Sequence record: MZ443783.1 | Direction: 5' to 3' (one strand) | DNA: 64,000 bases | Shown: positions 60,074-64,000 of the stretch, piece after piece | Position numbering within the stretch: position 1 is the first letter of the stretch | Layout: each line of letters starts with the position of its first letter | Position numbers and translations under genes: made by a program | Notes under the pieces: model-generated | What the model was told of the DNA's origin: nothing | The model's database searches: none | The model's input: only the letters and a program-made list of their open reading frames with translations

Positions 60074-61825
60074 TCACTGGAGTTTGCTGGCTATTTTCAG
60101 ATACTCGCTATTTACAGTTTCCACATCCGTGTAGCCCCTGCTGGCTGTAACGTCACGGCGTAGATCACCCATGCGGTAACCGTTTTCCCATAGACGCATA
60201 AACAACAGGCTGTTAAGAGTCGGCTGCATGAACGGTTTTTCTTTCAATGCAACATCACCCTTATATTCGGTCAAGAGTATCGCGCCATCAAATTCGGCAC
60301 TGCACCATTCGGCTTCCGCTAAAATTTTAAGCAGGTTATGATTCTCCATGCCTTGGATTAAATGACTAAGCACCGTGTACTGTTCCCGCTTGAAGCGATG
60401 CGCAGGTACTTGGTGTGAGCATCCTGAATCGTTTTTGAAATAGTACGCACCGTTACGAGAATAAGAGGAATCTCGTATGCGCTCGCACAATTCACTGACG
60501 ACTTCGGACGCAGGCTTAAACATCGCCTTCCACTTATCCCAAATAAATCCAACATGCTGGTGCATCTCTTTTTCATTCAGTCGAAGTTTCTTAACCGCAT
60601 TGACGATCTTCGTGTCATTCAACAACTGACGATAAATATCAGTAGCCATAGGCTTTTGTTGTTCGTTGTCCGTGCGTGTCTCGAATGATTGCTTGAAATA
60701 TTTCTGGTTACTCCAGCCGCTATAAATTCCCCCGTAGTTGAGAGTCTTGGCTGTACTGCGCGTAATGTTCAACTGCCGTGCAACCCTATCGTGATTGAGT
60801 TGCTCAAGTTCAGGACAATCTAGTCCATACTGTGCCATCAGGTCTAAAAGCAAAACCATCTGAGCATTAGGCATGTCGAAGTTACGGCCATACGAATGAT
60901 CGAAACATAACAGCTTCACCAATTTAGGTAGAGCGGCCGTAGTTCCAAACAATCGTGACCCAACGTGGTTCATTGTGTATTCGTCGTAAAACTCCACCAG
61001 CCTGTCGTTTGGATTATCGTTAACAAGCCTAAACCCGAAGCGACAAATCTTTTTCAGGAACGAATTGAGTCTGAGGTGCAGTTTCTTTCGGCGATTCGTT
61101 TTTGTATTGTGCATTATGTCCAAGAATCGATCGAGGTACAACCGATACGGACGTTGATTGGCCTGAGCCTTGTTTATCAGTTCGATAACCTCACCGCAAT
61201 ATGCTCTGCGATTTTCGAAGTTATGGGGACGAATAAACGAGCGTGGCTTTATTTCGGAGCAGAACGAAGACGTTACCAAGTCGGCTTCGTTTTTATAGAG
61301 GGCCCTTCTACGCACAGGCTTCATGAGATTGTACAGAGGCTCATCAAGCAAGGTCAGTTCGCAGAATATGTCCGTAAACACCTTATTAAGCGTGTACTTA
61401 CGGGCGATCCCCTTAATGTAATCGTAACGAGTGTGGTCAACCTTTCGACCTAACCACGTAGCTACGGAGTATTCCTTGTGATACACCATCGCGTACCGCA
61501 TCTTTTCGTGCTGACGCAGGTAGGTGTGGGTCACTACCGTTTCGTTATAGACGTTTCTGCGTTCCATAACGCCTGATTTATCGAGAAGGTGCATGAAAAA
61601 CCATGCAAGACTCTCGTAAAACTTATCCGATTTTGCTTTAGGTGGCTTAGGGCAAGAATAAATCGTGTCCCAGAAGAACTTGTGGGCCGATTTATTAACC
61701 GTGAACGCCCATCCTGGCATCACGGCCTTCTTGCGGTACACGGGCTTTGCCATTTGGACCTCAAAACATGCGTTTCGTGGGTGATCTTTACAGAATCCGT
61801 CTTTTTCTCGTGGTATGGAACTCAA
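60074..61825 (-). CDS. Divergent PolA-superfamily (TV-Pol-like) polymerase (583 aa from TTG; ATG 61753 with GAGGT SD gives 559 aa)
   Basis: GSRLF, motif A RNFDMPNAQMVLL, motif B RSTAKTLNYGGIY, HLIQGMEN, motif C AEFDGAIL, in the correct order. Confidence 0.6.
   Translation of the reverse strand: MSSIPREKDGFCKDHPRNACFEVQMAKPVYRKKAVMPGWAFTVNKSAHKFFWDTIYSCPKPPKAKSDKFYESLAWFFMHLLDKSGVMERRNVYNETVVTHTYLRQHEKMRYAMVYHKEYSVATWLGRKVDHTRYDYIKGIARKYTLNKVFTDIFCELTLLDEPLYNLMKPVRRRALYKNEADLVTSSFCSEIKPRSFIRPHNFENRRAYCGEVIELINKAQANQRPYRLYLDRFLDIMHNTKTNRRKKLHLRLNSFLKKICRFGFRLVNDNPNDRLVEFYDEYTMNHVGSRLFGTTAALPKLVKLLCFDHSYGRNFDMPNAQMVLLLDLMAQYGLDCPELEQLNHDRVARQLNITRSTAKTLNYGGIYSGWSNQKYFKQSFETRTDNEQQKPMATDIYRQLLNDTKIVNAVKKLRLNEKEMHQHVGFIWDKWKAMFKPASEVVSELCERIRDSSYSRNGAYYFKNDSGCSHQVPAHRFKREQYTVLSHLIQGMENHNLLKILAEAEWCSAEFDGAILLTEYKGDVALKEKPFMQPTLNSLLFMRLWENGYRMGDLRRDVTASRGYTDVETVNSEYLKIASKLQ
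60109..60117 (-). promoter_or_regulatory. Class-1 promoter-like motif CTGTAAATA
   Basis: Exact copy, 42 nt upstream of 60066, inside the 3' end of the TV-Pol-like gene. Confidence 0.6.
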
Positions 61826-62084
61826 ATTGCATCATCAGATTAGGTAGATAGGAGATATCAGCATGTTCATGCAGCATGAGCGCACTATAGTCACAAGAAA
61901 GCAGCAGTCTGAAACCAGAACCCTGCTCCCAGGAAGCATATCCCTTTGAAATAACCATGCCGAAACAGGCGAAAACGTACAACCTTGAATAGACTGGTTA
62001 TTTGGTGTCAATGCAGAGGATTCTTAATCCCAGCATGTGGACGTGCAAAGGGAGTGCTCCCGGGATGAATCTACAGGAAAGTGG

Positions 62085-62744
62085 TTATTTTTTGCGCGAA
62101 ACGCGCTTACCCAGTTTTACACCGATTTGCGTCATAATGCGCTTCACGGTCTCTCCGTCATGGTCCTCAATGGCGTTTGCGAGTTTTTCGCCCTGCTCGC
62201 GTGAAAGCTCAGGCATAATCAGTTTTAGCATCTGCGAACGCATTTTCGCAGACTTTGATTTGCCGCGTGATAGAGATTGTGTGTCCATTTCGTTTGCAAC
62301 ACGGCTCATGGTGCGCTGCACACGACGATCTGCGAAGATATCAGCAAAAATATTGCCAAACAGGTCCTGGAACGAACGTCCACCGCCCATAATGTCGTCT
62401 TTTGTGAAACGAACAGGCTGTCCGAGCGCATTCTGCTTATTGCAGTGCGTGGATTCCACTTCGTTTTGAGTACGTCCACCAGCACGGAAGTTCTCGTCAG
62501 GGCGTGACGCTTTACCCTCTGCACCTGGTTTAGTGTTGCCGTTGCGCAGATCTGCATCGCCTTCAACAGCCTTATCGGGGTCGAACATGTCGTCCGCTGT
62601 CTCGCTTTGGTTAGCGTCAAACGGAATCTTGCCCGTCAGCTTATTCGGGTCAGGCCAGCTCTTTGGAATATCAGAAGCAGGTTGCGCTTTGTTCGTCATA
62701 TCGCCGTTAGCTTCGCTATTCAGGCTGATCATAATACGTGCCAT
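62085..62744 (-). CDS. Hypothetical protein with MARIMISLNS leader-like N-terminus (219 aa)
   Basis: AGGAG SD; low-complexity middle region, helical C-terminus. Confidence 0.55.
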   Translation of the reverse strand: MARIMISLNSEANGDMTNKAQPASDIPKSWPDPNKLTGKIPFDANQSETADDMFDPDKAVEGDADLRNGNTKPGAEGKASRPDENFRAGGRTQNEVESTHCNKQNALGQPVRFTKDDIMGGGRSFQDLFGNIFADIFADRRVQRTMSRVANEMDTQSLSRGKSKSAKMRSQMLKLIMPELSREQGEKLANAIEDHDGETVKRIMTQIGVKLGKRVSRKK

Positions 62745-62753
62745 TCGAATCTC

Positions 62754-63860
62754 CTATCGGATTTTATAGCCTTTGAAAATGTTGTACGCAACTTCTTTGC
62801 GCTGTACAGGACGAGTGGTACACACCCATTCCCACTGATCGTTCTTGGCCGTGCGTTTCTTCGGTGCTTCCATTACTTTCAGCACGTAGTTTTTGAAAGG
62901 CACAACAAGAATGTCCTCCGGCTCCAGAGGTCCACAACGTGCAGGCAGAACGACTGTAAGGTTGCCGACAGTCAGTTCCTGATCGTAGTTCAACACGTTG
63001 GCCTCTTCGCTGAGGTTACCTTTAACCGCAGGCACACCTAAATCGAAGATGATTGTGGCGTGTGTGAAAGCCTCAACGCCTTTGACGCGCACAATCACAT
63101 GCTTACCACGCCACGGCTCCAGATTCGCAGCAGTCAGCTCCTGTTCTACGCCGTTAACAACCAGTACAGGGCGTGGGAATGCAGGCAGCAACTGTTCATT
63201 CAATCGTACCGAATAAGTCGCCTGCGTAAAGTATTTTGGAATAAGCTGATCGAAATCAACGTGTCCGTCTTTACGTACCTGCCTGAATGTCGCAGGGCTG
63301 GTGGATTGATCGAGCGTATACGCCGTCAGTGTTTTGGCGTGATGGTGCGTCATGACGTTGTAGATAAAGCCTGTGCTGATAAAGCCAGGCACAATGCCCT
63401 GACGGAAGCAGATGCCGCAGTTCGCAACGTTACCTGCATCCCATCCGTTCGACACTTCCTCGTCGCCGTTGCCCATGAGATCGGCAGCGCCCATTACAGC
63501 GTTCATGCCGTCGTCGATATCATCAAGGCTTACTGTTTGGCGTCCACCACCAAACATACCTTTCGATACTGGTGCGATCTTAACGTTCGCGTCCATTACA
63601 GATGATTCGCGGCCAATCGACTTCATGCCGCCCACCTGTTCGTCGAAGATATCGTTGTCCACTTTGTTGCAGCTACAGGTTAGACCCATCTTCGCTTTCT
63701 TGAAGATGACGATATCGGTCGCATCAACCTGTAACGCCTGTTCAACTTTCGACTGCACAACCTTCTGCACCGAGTCGAGGCGTTGCTGGACGCGTTCGGT
63801 TTCGTAGGTCTTATGGCGGTCGTAAGCAGTTCGCGGTCTTCCGCGTTCAATCCAGCTCAT
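62754..63860 (-). CDS. Putative head-closure/neck-like structural protein with Cys cluster (368 aa)
   Basis: CSC...CGICFRQGIVPGF pattern resembles neck proteins of large myoviruses; GAGGAG SD; class-2 motif upstream. Confidence 0.4.
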   Translation of the reverse strand: MSWIERGRPRTAYDRHKTYETERVQQRLDSVQKVVQSKVEQALQVDATDIVIFKKAKMGLTCSCNKVDNDIFDEQVGGMKSIGRESSVMDANVKIAPVSKGMFGGGRQTVSLDDIDDGMNAVMGAADLMGNGDEEVSNGWDAGNVANCGICFRQGIVPGFISTGFIYNVMTHHHAKTLTAYTLDQSTSPATFRQVRKDGHVDFDQLIPKYFTQATYSVRLNEQLLPAFPRPVLVVNGVEQELTAANLEPWRGKHVIVRVKGVEAFTHATIIFDLGVPAVKGNLSEEANVLNYDQELTVGNLTVVLPARCGPLEPEDILVVPFKNYVLKVMEAPKKRTAKNDQWEWVCTTRPVQRKEVAYNIFKGYKIR

Positions 63861-63883
63861 AATCGTTCTCCTCTGTGTGGCTT

Positions 63884-63890
63884 AAATTAG
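63884..63890 (-). promoter_or_regulatory. Class-2 promoter-like motif CTAATTT
   Basis: Intergenic, 23 nt upstream of 63860. Confidence 0.55.
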
Positions 63891-63958
63891 TGTACAAAAT
63901 TTAGGACCTTGCCCCTAGTAAATACTTATTTAGAGTACGTTAAAACACGGAGCCTTTT

Positions 63959-64000
63959 ATGCGTATTCTTTCAGGCGACCCGGGCAAAGTGAACTTCGCG
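63959..64000 (+). CDS. RuvC-like Holliday junction resolvase, N-terminal fragment
   Basis: MRILSGDPGKVNFA resembles the RuvC start MRILGIDPG; GGAG SD; only 14 codons visible. Confidence 0.5.
   Translation, partial: MRILSGDPGKVNFA

Noticed and set aside
61861-61879. Overlapping short palindromes GCATG-TT-CATGC and TCATGC-A-GCATGA in the 61.8-62.1 kb gap
   Set aside because: Arms of only 5-6 bp and a single occurrence; compatible with chance, with no supporting repeat elsewhere.
62006-62011. Perfect TTGACA (-35) on the minus strand upstream of the TV-Pol-like gene
   Set aside because: No TATAAT-like -10 at 16-18 nt spacing (TCAAGG at 17 nt), so not callable as a sigma70 promoter.
53-63807. 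Numerous long plus-strand ORFs (e.g. 4234..5148, 17466..18542, 24214..25653, 28426..29448)
   Set aside because: They lie antisense to well-supported minus-strand genes with strong codon bias, lack SD sequences and have no recognisable motifs; these are shadow ORFs.
1-64000. CRISPR array or long tandem repeats
   Set aside because: No regularly spaced direct repeats seen; the only repeats are the coding 42-bp tandem, the promoter-associated 21-mers and the terminator family.
1-64000. Prophage or temperate lifestyle markers
   Set aside because: No integrase, repressor or host chromosomal genes recognised in this window.

Overview
A 64-kb segment of a large, apparently lytic, contractile-tailed (myovirus) jumbo-type phage genome. 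Almost all credible genes are on the minus strand and tightly packed; the long plus-strand ORFs in the track are antisense shadows. The strand switches only in the last ~40 bp, at a partial RuvC-like gene. By coordinate: tail/fibre paralogues, an Ig-repeat fibre and the tail sheath (1-9.9 kb); a replication block with DHH phosphoesterase, J-domain protein, UvsW-like helicase, beta-clamp-like protein and a UDG-fused family A DNA polymerase (10-22 kb); a 1949-aa SNF2-type helicase and virion-type genes (22-37.6 kb); SbcD and SbcC separated by a block of putative virion cargo, effector and lysis genes (37.7-51.7 kb); and a DnaX-like clamp loader, a structured intergenic region, a HAD phosphatase, a RuvC-less TnpB-like protein and a second, divergent PolA-superfamily (TV-Pol-like) protein (53.7-61.8 kb). 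Gene content is reminiscent of enterobacterial 'hairy' jumbo myoviruses (Erwinia Y3/Yoloswag/Alexandra, Dickeya JA11/AD1 type); this is inference from memory, not a search. Most notable signals: (1) a peptide-level conserved N-terminal leader M-[EQK]-I-x-[VI]-S-L-S-[AK] on at least five unrelated proteins, a candidate capsid-targeting/processing signal; (2) an apparently domesticated TnpB-like WED/REC module lacking RuvC; (3) a ~340-nt hairpin-dense candidate ncRNA with its own putative promoter; (4) a TV-Pol-like polymerase; (5) two promoter-like motifs (CTGTAAATA, [C/A]TAATTT) that partition replication genes from virion-type genes. All family calls are from motif recognition by eye.
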